DNA from: Schmidtea polychroa
Lineage: Eukaryota
DNA: 64,000 nt
Direction: 5' to 3'
NCBI GenBank assembly: GCA_044892525.1
Contig: CM097885.1
Coordinates: 4,838,001-4,902,000, forward strand
Shown: one piece after another, positions 31,986 to 46,941 of the stretch
How the letters are laid out: each line of letters starts with the position of its first letter
Numbering within the stretch: the first letter of the stretch is position 1
Notes under the pieces: model-generated
Told to the model about the DNA's origin: nothing
The model's database searches: none
What the model saw: only the letters and a program-made list of their open reading frames with translations
Translations under genes and position numbers: made by a program

Positions 31986-32066
31986 GCTCTAATAGCTTAG
32001 TGGTAATAGCACTCGACTGCATTGCCAATACCAATGGGTTCAAATCCCATTTCGGTCATTTTTTTT
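31986..32066 (+). ncRNA. tRNA-Cys-like Pol III cassette 2, duplicate (cassettes 1 and 3 duplicated at about 31743 and 32477)
   Basis: Same sequence as 18076-18156. Confidence 0.55.
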
Positions 32067-32230
32067 CAAATTTTTTTTTAAACAAAATATTGATCAGCAT
32101 ACTCGATTTAGTACTTGTACAAATTTTAAAGGTGATTGGTCAACGGCAACTCTTGGAAATTTAAGATCAAAAACGTTTTAACTTAAGCTACCAAAAATTA
32201 ATATATCCAATAAAAAAAATATTTATAAAA

Positions 32231-32527
32231 ATGGATGAGTTAAAAGAAAGAATGAGAAATGAATTGAATGAAGTTAAACATAAGAGAATGAAAAGAAGAG
32301 AAGAAGAACCATTAGAATACATCAAAGAGTTGATGGTAGATAATGAAAAGTATCGACATTTTTATATGAAGGCTGTAGATGTTGCTGATATAAGATTGAA
32401 GAAAATGAAACAATTACAGGAAAGAGTTAAAGAACTTGAATCGATTATTTATAGTCTAAAAAATGACAAAAATTCAAACCTTGATGGCGCAGTGGGAATA
32501 GACTGGCACAGTGGTTCAAATGGATAG
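32231..32527 (+). CDS. Small coiled-coil hypothetical protein, copy 2
   Basis: Same protein as 18321-18617. Confidence 0.55.
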   Translation: MDELKERMRNELNEVKHKRMKRREEEPLEYIKELMVDNEKYRHFYMKAVDVADIRLKKMKQLQERVKELESIIYSLKNDKNSNLDGAVGIDWHSGSNG

Positions 32528-33148
32528 TGGTTCAAATGGATAGTGGTTCAAATCACATCTGAGGTTAGTTTTTTTTTAGTGTGGGTATCTTATATTTATA
32601 AAGTACTTGTATATTTTATTTTATTTTTTTATTAATTAATTATTTTTTAAACATAAATATGAAAAAAAAAATATTGAAACGGGTGATGGTGGCGAACCGG
32701 TAATTATCGCCACCTGTCTTTCGAACACCCCCGGATCGATCCCGGTAATGTGCACATTTATTTCTCAGTTGTTTTCGGACCTCTTTCGAATTCGCTTTCG
32801 AATTCATTTGTACTTTCGAGCAGCACACTTAAAACGCCGATGAAATCGTATTCGAGCGAGAAGCGAATAATAAGGTGTGCTGCTATTATCGGATTGATTC
32901 TGATGTATGAGTCTGGCCAGCTTGTATATTGGAAGAGATTTGATAAACGAAAGAGGTTGAATAAAAAAAAATGATCCGGATCAAAAAAAAAACTGTTGAG
33001 AGGACAGTGAAAAAAAAAAAAAAAACCACTGTCCTCTCACAGCAGTTTTACTATTTCATAAAATTTTTTATTTTTAAAACTTTCAGGCGACCTAGATCAT
33101 TATGAATTAGGTAATCTGATATTCTTATAACATTAAATCCTTATAACA

Positions 33149-33410
33149 TTAAATCCTTAAGACCAAGTAGTGAGGAATCTATGCACCCCGTTACCTTTTC
33201 TCGGAATTACTAATCTATAAATACATCTATTCCGAACTTTTTTACTTTTAAGGGAAGAAATTAAGGGTTAATGGCAATAGGGGACAAAGTTTAAAAGTTA
33301 AAAAAAGTGAAGAATATGGGGTAAAAAAGCATATAAATGTGGAAAATATGGGTCAATAGCGCTGTTTTTTTGAGGGTGGGGGTGCTGGGGTGCATAGATT
33401 CCTCACTACT
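33149..33410 (-). repeat. Duplicated Polinton right TIR
   Basis: Copy of 19282-19543. Confidence 0.95.
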
Positions 33411-34929
33411 ATAAACAATTGATTAGGAGAGTGACGAGAATCCTTTGTATAATTGAATATAAAGTGGAAGCGGAGTGAATAAATTTGTGGACAAAGCAAA
33501 TAGAACAATCGATCAATGTACCCTGTAATTGAGTTGGTTAAGGTCTAGTAAATATTGTTGTTGTTACAGAAATTATACGAGAAGGATTATTCTTCTCATA
33601 GTGTCGCAATAAGCTCTGTGCGATTAATTGCTTTATTGTTAATTGGTTGTAATTGCATATTGTACGATCTATTGAAAATATTAAAAAAACTTATCTTGTT
33701 CGGGATTGTTAATTTGTGAACTAAAAAACACGCTTTGGAATCAGAGTAAAAAATTTGAATTTACAAATATTGTCACCAACCCAATAAACCAACAAATGAT
33801 TCACTTTATCCATTGTATTTGCAAACTGTGTGAGCTCAACTTTGACATGCATATGCTCTTTGAATTCACATTTAGTCTATTGTTATAGCTTTTAGCTTTT
33901 TTATATGATTTCTTTTTTTAATTTTATAAAAAAACTTTATTTGATGCAAAAAAATCAACCCATGAAAAATCACCACAATATGCATACAATAATTGTTTAT
34001 TATATATAATAGTTTAATTTTACTATAATAAAAACGATAAAACAATACAAATACATTTTATTTATATTTCCCGCAGATTAAGTTTCCAATAACAAATATG
34101 CTCAAAGGTTCCATTTGTTAGGATTGATCTAGTGGAATAAGAACATTGTTTCATCTGACTCCGAAAATAAACTCTCTGACGTGTAGGTAATATAAATATG
34201 ATAATATGAATTAATAAGACAACATTGGTTTTCTGTTTAAAATATATATATTTTTATGCAAATTACAGATTATGAAATACCCAAAAATGCCACTACTATG
34301 AAGATTCGAAATCGGTTATGCAAACCGTTCTCAGATAAAGATGTCATACGCTGATGTCAGAGGCAATATCTCTGACTTTTCATTCTGAGTTTTTTAAACC
34401 CATTTATATAATATTTCTATTTCTAGTAATTATTTATCTATGTATAATATTTATTTATATATTTATAGTATTTATTACTTTCTAGTAGATATTAGCCCCT
34501 TACGGCTACCATTTTAGCCAATCCAACCCCAACACATTGACGTCTTCTTTATTTTCATCAAAATTTCCTGAGTCCTTTTACGCATTAAAGCGTTTTTAAA
34601 CCAATTGGTTGAATTTCAGCCAATCACCAATGTATACCTGTACTGACTACTGTAAGCCATTTTCATATAACGTATATGATTTATACAGTAAGTAGAACAC
34701 GCTTTGAAATGTATGCTTTTTTGTTTGAATTATCCATAAATTATGAATCTACAAAGAATCTATTGGATTCTCATGGAAAATCTTTATTGCTTCATTTATC
34801 AACATTTGTAGACTAATTGTAGTTAATTGCAGAATATTTATAGGAAAGCATTACAATATGAATGCATGATTAACAAAGACATTGTAATAGAAATGCTTGA
34901 TTTTGATTGGTTAAGAACATGAAAAACAC

Positions 34930-35489
34930 CGAATGCCGACAATCCGCCAACACGGCAATCCAGCAAGTACGACAATTAGCCAAACGACAATCCGCCAAAT
35001 GACAATCCGCGAACAGACAATCTGCCAACACTAAAAAATTGGCCAACGCTGACATTTATAAAAATAAATATTTATAGGTCATCATATTAAAATTAATTCA
35101 CATGTACTTGTACAACAACTGTGCCTAAATAATCATTCAAATAAAAGCATTAAAATCAAATACCAGTACCTTTGCGACATGTTGAATGTGAGTAGTACTC
35201 TTGTGATCAATACCCATAAGGGGTCAAAACATCTTGTCAGATAAACTCAGTTTATCTCTCAGTCAGTTAAATTGTTTAAATATTTAATTAAAATTTTATA
35301 TTAAACAATTACTAGTTGATTCTTATCTTTCAGCGGAGAATTTATTTTTAAAATTTTAAAAATATAATAAATTTAAAATGTATGTATGTTAAAAAGAACA
35401 TTTATCAACTTTTTGCCAGATTGTCGCTTTGAACTTTTTGGCGGATTGTCATTTGGCGAATTGTCGTTTGGCGGATTGTCGTACAACCG
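34930..35489. mobile_element. MITE with modular TIRs, duplicate
   Basis: Copy of 21063-21622. Confidence 0.8.
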
Positions 35490-36393
35490 AAAAACACATA
35501 TTAGATAAAAGTATGAAAAATTAAAATAAATGATTTTGGTTGCGGATAAAGTATATTTTCCAAGATATATATTAAAGTTTTATTACATTCGTATAGGACT
35601 AGTTGCACAAAAACGTTTTGTAAAATGTTAATTGACGAATCAAAACATATTTTTTAAATTTAAAATATTAAAATTCAAAAAATTATTTTGAACAGAAATA
35701 ATATTTCTGGCGAAGAAAATATTCCAAATCAAGCAATAAATACTAGATGATAATATAAGTGTTCTGGGTGGCCTAAAGGGTAATAAGGAATATCAAATAA
35801 TAAAAATATATAAGTATGATGACAAATTGTAATAAACACTTTTTTAAATGCATTTATTATAAATATTATGATAAATATTATTAGAAATATTATTATAAAT
35901 ATGATAATAAATTATAAATATAAATATTTTAAAAACCATTTTATCCTTATTTACAAATATTTTTTTAACACTTCCTAATAAATATTTTAATTAAAATTTA
36001 AATTTTAATATTAATTTAAAAAATAAATAGAATTATTGTTATGTAATTTCTGATGGAATATTTAAACAAACAAATAAAATTATTATAAAAATAAAATTTC
36101 AATATAATTTTATACCAAGTGAGATTTGGAATTATCATTTATTGAAATTTATTGGCCCGAATAAATCTTGGTCACAAATATAAATAATATTATTTAAAAT
36201 ATAAATATTATTATTAAATTATATTGAATAAACTTTAAATATTTACATTTAAAATTTTTATTAATAAAAATTAATAAAATTTTTAATTAATTTAAATTTT
36301 AATAAATTAATTTAAATATGAGAAAATTTGTAAATATTTGTTTGAATATATTTATTTCTTATTTCATATTTAACATTTGACATCCTCTCAACA

Positions 36394-38013
36394 ATGCCTC
36401 CGAAATTTCTTACAAAATCCGAAAGGAAAACATTGGAAGAAGAACAAGATCAACAATTGATCAGTTGCATCAAATTGTCCCATAATTTTGTCAACAAAAC
36501 CGAAGATCAAAGCGCACCAATGAAATCATTTGCACTTGAAAATTTGAACATGACGATCCTTGAAAAGGTTTTGCTCAAAGATTCAACTATCACAATTGAA
36601 CATGGGAAAAGATATGGTCTTATTGGTAGCAATGGATCCGGTAAATCTATCCTATTCAAAGCCATTCAAATGGGCTTATTCGACTTTCCAAAGGATTACA
36701 CAATCGGAATTGTCGAAGAAGAATGTCTTGCTGATGGAACTAAAGTTGTCGAATGCTTTGTTGGTAAAGATGAAGTTGAAGATTTCATGGTGAGATTTGC
36801 TGACGTGAAAAGCAGAGCTGTCAACAAGAAGAACAAAGATGTTGAAGTACCAAAACTCGTGAAAATATTAGATGGAATGGGATTTACTGCTGAAAAGATG
36901 AATGACCACGTTGGTAATTTATCTGGTGGTTGGAGAATGAAGATTAGTTTGGCAACTGTTCTGATGGCTGAACCAGATCTTTTACTTTTAGATGAACCAA
37001 CTAACATGTTGGACGATAGAACTATCAAATGGTTGTCGGGATTTTTGAAAGAATGGAAGACGAATTTATTTTTCATTTCTCATGACGGAGGCTTTTTATC
37101 TAACGTTGCAACGGATTTGTTATCAATTGAAAATAAAACTGTCGTACATTATGCTTGCAAATACTACGAATGGTTGAGGAATCAAGAACTCGACAGAGAT
37201 AAAGTTAGAAATCAAATCCAAGAACAAAAGGCACAGAAAGCTGAATTGATGGAATACATAAAAAAGTTCGAAAAGACAAAAAAGAAAGAAGTCGCTGCTA
37301 AAAGACAAAAAATAAAAAAGATGCCCGTCATTGATGAAAGTATTCTAGAACCGAGAGAAATCTGGAGATTTCCCGCTTGCTTGAAAATCAAGTGCGCTAC
37401 AATTGAAACGAATGAAATGGGATTCAGTTTTGGTCCCGCTAAAGAAATATTTAGAAACATCACATTACGCGTTCAACCCGATTCTAAAATCTGCATCCTC
37501 GGAGACAACGGTTGCGGTAAAACTACTCTATTGAAGATCTTCATGAAAATCCTCAAACCCACCAATGGAAACATGTTCTTAAATGATCGAACAAATGTCG
37601 GCTACTTCAGCCAGCATTACGTCGACCATTTGGAACTGGATAAATCAGCAATTGAAATTATGCAGATCCGAGTTCCCAACTGCAAACTCGAAACTTATCA
37701 AAGTCATTTGTTGAAATTCGGAATCACAAGTGAAGATTGGAACATTCCCGTCAGATGTTTATCATCGGGACAAAAGTCAAGAGTAGCTTTCTCCACTATT
37801 TACATGCAGAAGCCTAACTTTTTGATTTTCGATGAACCGACAAGCCATTTGGATAAAGATGGAACTGAAGCTTTAGAAGATGCTTTGAGGAAATTCAAAG
37901 GAGGAGTTATTGTTGTTACTCACGATGGAAGGATGATGTCAAATGTTTGCAAGGATTTGTGGTACATCCAGAACAGAACTGTCAGCGTTGTTGAGGACGG
38001 CTGTATGATATAA
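36394..38013 (+). CDS. ABCF: ABC-F family ATPase, copy 3 (539 aa)
   Basis: Same protein as copy 2. Confidence 0.93.
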   Translation: MPPKFLTKSERKTLEEEQDQQLISCIKLSHNFVNKTEDQSAPMKSFALENLNMTILEKVLLKDSTITIEHGKRYGLIGSNGSGKSILFKAIQMGLFDFPKDYTIGIVEEECLADGTKVVECFVGKDEVEDFMVRFADVKSRAVNKKNKDVEVPKLVKILDGMGFTAEKMNDHVGNLSGGWRMKISLATVLMAEPDLLLLDEPTNMLDDRTIKWLSGFLKEWKTNLFFISHDGGFLSNVATDLLSIENKTVVHYACKYYEWLRNQELDRDKVRNQIQEQKAQKAELMEYIKKFEKTKKKEVAAKRQKIKKMPVIDESILEPREIWRFPACLKIKCATIETNEMGFSFGPAKEIFRNITLRVQPDSKICILGDNGCGKTTLLKIFMKILKPTNGNMFLNDRTNVGYFSQHYVDHLELDKSAIEIMQIRVPNCKLETYQSHLLKFGITSEDWNIPVRCLSSGQKSRVAFSTIYMQKPNFLIFDEPTSHLDKDGTEALEDALRKFKGGVIVVTHDGRMMSNVCKDLWYIQNRTVSVVEDGCMI

Positions 38014-39059
38014 ATAAATATTTCGATAAATTTTTTTGTCTCTTTCATTGATAAAATTTAATTTAACTTTTCAAACGTTATTTAAACTTTTTTTATTAGT
38101 ATCAATTGTTTTAATTATAAAATTCCTAATCAAATAAGATGAATATTATTTTTCATCGTTCATTTAAGCTTTTCCTCTTAGCTAAAAGCTTAAATTATCA
38201 TTAAATTGTTTAACATTTAATTAATCCTGCTATCAAGAAATTATCATGTTATATATTATATAATTTGTGAGCTATTCTAAAATATAAATTAAAAAATCCT
38301 TACTTATTCATTAATTATTTTTATAGAAACTCAACCAAATTATGATGTGATTTTTTTAAATATTATTGTGATTAAATTATAAAACGTTTTATTCGAAATC
38401 TTGGTTTTAAATGGATCCAATTAATACCAGAAGTTCTGTAGCTAACATGAGGACTGCACTAGCTCAAATACTCCGAAACTAATCTGAAGCCCCTAATTTC
38501 AAATCGTGTATTAATCTGCGGATTGCAAATTTAACTGTATATGGTAACACGGGGATGATATGAACTGCTCACACGCATAGTTTATTCAAAAATAAATGTG
38601 TCTATACATTTAATACAATCGTTATGATATTTGTTTTTGCATACTATCAGTAATACCAGGATACATTGTCGAAACACTTGAAATTTCAAATAACTGATCG
38701 CCGGATTTCTGCTTCTCTGCTTTCTTTTTATCTCTTCGACTAAATGGTGGCTTCTGAGCTCTCTTTTTATACTGTTCATGAAAGGCCAATTACCTAAGAA
38801 ATTGTGCTAAATCATCTCTCCAGGAATCCTTAATCAATATATCAGGGTTCAATTTGGCATTCAACCATACCCAATACCCCATTTCAATATTGTTTTTTTA
38901 TTTTTAGTAAATTTTAATTAATTTTGCACTTTTATTGTTTTTCCCCATTTTTGTTATGATTTCTTTTTATATATGAATTTTTGGTTTTTGCGCTAACCCA
39001 ACATATGTTATCTCATGAAAACCACCAGTTAAGATTTCCAAGAATGATTGCTGAAACGA

Positions 39060-39500
39060 AGCTTTTGGACATATGAATCTTTCATATCCAATGGTAATAA
39101 CTCTTTCATCTAGTAGTTCATAACTTTTTTAAATTAACGATTTTTATTAACAGCAATTTGCATTTCTTTTTCAAAATCAAGACTAATGTAATACAAGTTT
39201 ACTTCAATATTTCAAACAATATCTCTTTCGATAGTAGCTGTAAAAATGTATCCACTGTCTGTCATAATTTTCATTAGATCATCAGTTAAGTCTCTTCCGG
39301 TTAAATTAATTTTATTAATAGCACTAGGTAACAGGTAACTTTCATATATTACCATAGTGCGAAATACGGATCGCTAGAGTCCAGAACCATACTAGAGGTA
39401 CGACCTGAAGTGTACAAATAAAAAACTAATTGAATTGCAACATACATCATTGGTGCATTAAATGTCTCCAACATAATTTGAGACATGGATTCTCTATCAG
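39060..39500 (-). pseudogene. ACT: Actin pseudogene fragment
   Basis: [62 protein letters not shown] and VITIGYERF, with stops and frameshifts. Confidence 0.88.
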
Positions 39501-40285
39501 CTTTGGGAATATCGAAAAGAACTTGTCCATCAGTTTTTGAAGTTGCATTTAGCAGTAATCTATTTAAAATGCACAAACTAACCCTTATATCATTAATTTT
39601 ATGGTCAACACAAATGAATCCTTATCCAGTCTTTGAGTTAAACTATTTAACACGTTCATTGACTTCAATTTTATTCATAATTGAAATAAAAAGACTCAAA
39701 AAAGGATTTATTTTTAAATATCAAAATTCCAGAAACAAAAAACAACGTTCAGCAAAAGTAATCCAAATCGAAAATTCCAGAAAAACAGACTTTTTTAAAC
39801 TACTGACCAAATCATTCGATAAGGATTCGATAAATTCTAATAAAAATCAAAACTCGACTACTCGCGTCTCCAGTCAGAGAAGAAGAAGAAATGTTTGTGT
39901 GTGTACAGACGCGAGTAGTCAGAATTAACCAATGATATGCGACATGCGGAAGTAGTGAGCAGATTCTCGAGTCTAGTCACAAAGATAGGTTCGAGTCTCT
40001 TAGGTAATATGGATGATCGCCAAATAAACTCAAAACTAGTCTGACATAAGAAATTTAATTAAATTCCCTTCTAAAACTTTTTTTTACTAATTCAGTTATC
40101 CGAAATTCAGAAATCATTTATCATATTAAATGTTATTGTCTCACCCCAATCAACAATGGCCAGCATGGCGATATAATTTAATTTAGGTATTTTATTTTAA
40201 AATATTTAAATAACACCAAAATATCTCTTCAAGAAATTATATTTTTGTTTTTCATAAACTAATTTGTAATTCTTGTTCAAATAAC

Positions 40286-41565
40286 CAGTGCCGGATTAAG
40301 CCAACTGGAGGCTCTGGCCTAGGACAACTTGGGAGGCCCCTACTTAATAGAATCTCATCATGAGGAACGAAATTGTGAACTCTTCTCATATAATAATTTA
40401 ATAAATGATAGTATATGAAATAAATGTACTGTACGTACAAAGTTAAAATTTGAGAACTGATTAAAAGATTGTTAATAAATTTATAACCTTTAATAATACC
40501 GAAAATAAGACATTTATATAGAACATTCATAACCCCTAAGTGGTGACACTATATACAAAGTCATAACAGTTTCTTTCGAGCTTTATTAATGCAAACTTAA
40601 CAATAATATCATTGACATCAATAGCTTTCAGTTTATCACTTTCTATGCTTAGATCTGACAACCTATCTTGGGACATCGTTGACCGAAGATCATTCTTAAT
40701 TCCTGTACAGTTTGTAACCATTAAACACAGAAACAATCTGAATATTGTTTCCAAATTAGGAAAAGCTGTCTGAATTTTCTCAAGGAATATTATTTGATAC
40801 ATTTCTTTGTGGCTGAAAGTTTCTTTTTCAGAGTGAGCTTGTTTGACGTACAGGTGGAAGTGAATGAGTTCATCGACTAGACAAAGGTTAGCATCCTTTG
40901 ATACTCTTGCATCAATATCTCAATGCCATTATGAATCTGTTCCCTGGGTGCTTTTAAGTTCACCAAAAACGAAATATTTTCAGCTACATTCCTATACACT
41001 GTTGCTCTTCTGTCTAAGTTGGCTTCAAGAGCATCCAAACGGTATATATGAACTTATTCTAAACCTGTCTCGTGAAGAAAGTTCGTCTAAGGCTTTTGGT
41101 GCTGACCCATCATTGTTTTGTTTCTTACGTAATCTCTGCCTTTTATTGGCATTTTTGTACTGAACATCCGGTAGAGTAATTTTTGTTTGGTGTTCAATTT
41201 AATCAAAATTAGCCCGAGTATTTGATACAAACTGCAATAATGAGCTGTAAATGTTTGCACATGTGCTCAAAGAAATTTGCGAGCTTTGGAGGGTTTTGCT
41301 AACTTTATGAAATTGGTCTAGTAAATGTGTCCAAAGGTGAAGCATGAAAATGAATTCGAATTCTTCCATTTTCTTCAGAAGATTTTTTAGCTTGTCGTCT
41401 GTTATCTCCTTTTTCAGTTTCATCACTGTAAATATGACTGAGGGCTTCAATAATGTTAGCATAGCTTTTGGTAATAGCTGCTGTAGCTTTGGCATGAGCC
41501 TCCCATCTCGTGTCTGTCAAATGTTTAGGAACTTTTGGACGCACTTCTCGCAGGGCAGATAACAA
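40286..41565 (-). mobile_element. hAT transposon 3' relic (degraded transposase plus one TIR)
   Basis: TIR CAGTGCCGGATTAA at 40286. LTDTRWEAH and the dimerisation domain FPNLETIFRLFLCLMVTNCTG...IKNDLRSTMSQDRL. Frameshifted. Confidence 0.88.
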
Positions 41566-41892
41566 ATTTGTTGAAATATTTTTTATTAAAACATTTTTAT
41601 TTGTTCTTTGTTTATTTTGAAGCGCAAAATTCGATTTTGAAATTTGTTTAACGTGTAAATTTTAATTCAAATGACTTGGATTCGGTTGCAAAAATATCAA
41701 CCGACTCCAACTACGTTTTATATACTTTCTTTAATGAAAACGTTACGGTGTGTGTCAATAAATGGATTAGATTCAGAATTTATATGAAATTCACCGTGCC
41801 ACCGTCCTTCAATACTCGATATCCAATCAGCCCTGACCGTCACAGCATCATCACCGCGCAATTTCAATATATCGTTCATCTTTCGCGTTTAA

Positions 41893-42135
41893 CCCTTTCC
41901 AGCCCAGTGATTCCAAATGGAATCATTAGTTAAAAACTCAGTTAAAAACCATCTATCCATCTTACGTATGGTACCTATGTGCCCAATGTTGCCAAATGGA
42001 ATCATACTGATTTTTTCTAAGGGGGCAACAAAAAAAATGAAGTAAAATATTTTTATGATAAAATAAGTAGTTTTGGTACCTACTTACTGCATATATATAT
42101 ATTTTTTGTTTTGAAAAAATTTGGGCTGGAAAGGG
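41893..42135. mobile_element. piggyBac-type MITE
   Basis: 14-bp TIR CCCTTTCCAGCCCA with TTAA on both sides. Confidence 0.85.
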
Positions 42136-42852
42136 TTAACATTATTAAATCTCATTCTCTTGCTTAGACATCCCATTAATATGCACAATTATTACTTTTA
42201 CTGTTTGGTTTTAGTGCGCTTTTGGTTGCGTTTATAAAATATCAGTTTTTGTTTGCAATATAACGCATAATAAAAAAACTACATTTTCATTATAAAGACC
42301 TTGTACACGGTTTATAACAACTCATGTCTTAATAAGCATTGGGGGGGGGGGGGGTTTCAGAGGTTATCTCAGTCTGGGAACGGCATTGATATCAAGTTGG
42401 ATGATATTCACAAATTATCCCGAGTATGAACACAATAATAATTTCGTTAAAGAAATCTGTAAAGGTGCTGAAGCCTCCCCCTCATTTAGAACGAGTTTTG
42501 TAGGATTGTTGAAATTTTAAATGTTTCACTCAGTTACATAAATAATATAATTTAGCACATTTGGAACACAGGATTCATAAGCTGCACTTTTAGGCGGCCC
42601 AACCGACCCCCTTTGACCACACATTTTCATGATTCTAACTAGTAAAAATTAGCAGGAAATTTTTTGATTTTTATGCCATTTTATTTCAAGGCTCCAGAAA
42701 ATATTTATAATAAGATCGACAGTGCAAGCACAAAGTAGAAATCGCATTAAAACAATTGATATTGAATGAATTAAAACAAAATAAATTAAAAAAGACAATA
42801 ATTTCTTGAAAAATTTACAGTGAAATGATAAATAAATATGACAATTCAATCG

Positions 42853-44994
<2,142 letters not shown>

Positions 44995-45092
44995 CTAATA
45001 ATAATTCCTTATTAAATACAAATCACAATTAATTTCGTTAAACTTTCTAATTGATCTCCATGAGCCACTTCGGGATTCTCATTTTCTCTAGA

Positions 45093-45651
<559 letters not shown>

Positions 45652-46876
45652 CTGAAAACCCTACTGATATTTCTTGTATGCGAAATTATTAAAGGTTTGA
45701 TAATTGAGCGAATTATAGAAATCTTTATGGGCGATTGAATCGCTTTTAGACCTTGCGTGCATGACAAAAATGTTTGGTATTTATGAGTAAAATGTCTTCA
45801 TTTCACAATTTATATGATCCGATTAGTCGATATTCACATTTAGGCACTTATCTCAAGGATGATTGGCCGTTAACAACATAAACTGTGCTGATCACATTTA
45901 TGCGTTCGAGTTCGAATATGTGAATTGCAATACAACGATTGGTCAATGTCCATTGAATTGTTTCGGTCGGAATAAATAGTAAAATTCGAAGAGATAAATC
46001 GGAAATTGCAGAGAAGAGTACCGTCGACAACTGAGGAAATGGTTAATTGAGATTGTTGGTAGTACACTATGGACAGGATGATAAAGGTGACAGGACATTA
46101 CAGTCATTACCGTCACGGACAATGGTAATCATTAACTGCACGCATAACACAATACCAAATTACATCATCCGGTGACTGTTTTGTGACGATAAATGACACG
46201 AATCTTTGTTAATTGAAACAAGAAAAGAGTGACCTTCGATTTACTATATAATACTAATAGTGGTTACGGATGAAATCAGTTTAGTATTTTTATAAGTAAT
46301 TTGACTATAACCTGTGTGAAATATTTATTATTATAGTCCAGGATGTGACCGTGATATATTATATTTTTACGGTGGAATTCACTATTGAAATACAAGTAAA
46401 TGCTGTGGGTACCGAATATATCATCCACCAATAAAGGTTTTGTCCCATATCTGGACTAGGCAAGTGTGGAAATGTGAGACCCTTTTCAACATGTTTGATA
46501 AAGGTTCATGTCACTGTATGTTGATGAGTACATAGAATGTGAACTTTTCCGTGACAGACTTGCATTTATGTAAATTACTTCAACTCACCAAAATTTAATT
46601 AAGAAATCAAGTAAAACATTTTAAGAGACTTTAATAATGATTTAAGTTGATTATCTTTATGAAATTGCACTCATTCCTTTAATTGGATTATTAATTAGTT
46701 TAAGCAGGACAACAATCATTTCTGACTTCATTAAAACAATAAGAAATAACAAATATTCAATCTTCATATAACATATTCACAATTCTATATCAAATCATTT
46801 CATATCTTGGCACTCAACCCCTCTAATTCAGTATCAATTAGTTAGTATCAATATGAACCCCACCCCCCACTAAATA

Positions 46877-46941
<65 letters not shown>

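Larger units (their letters stand above)
24318..33410. mobile_element. Left-truncated duplicate of the Polinton (no pPolB, no left TIR)
   Basis: Near-identical to 10408-19543. Right TIR at 33149-33410 followed by ATAAAC. Confidence 0.95.
24318..38187 (+). repeat. Tandem segmental duplication of 10408-24320
   Basis: Offset is 13,910 bp, then 13,867 bp after a 43-bp deletion. Junction is GCTAAAA|ATGTCGAC. Confidence 0.95.

Noticed and set aside
24318..33410. Independent second Polinton insertion
   Set aside because: It shares the same TSD and the same 4.8-kb right flank, so it is a segmental duplicate.
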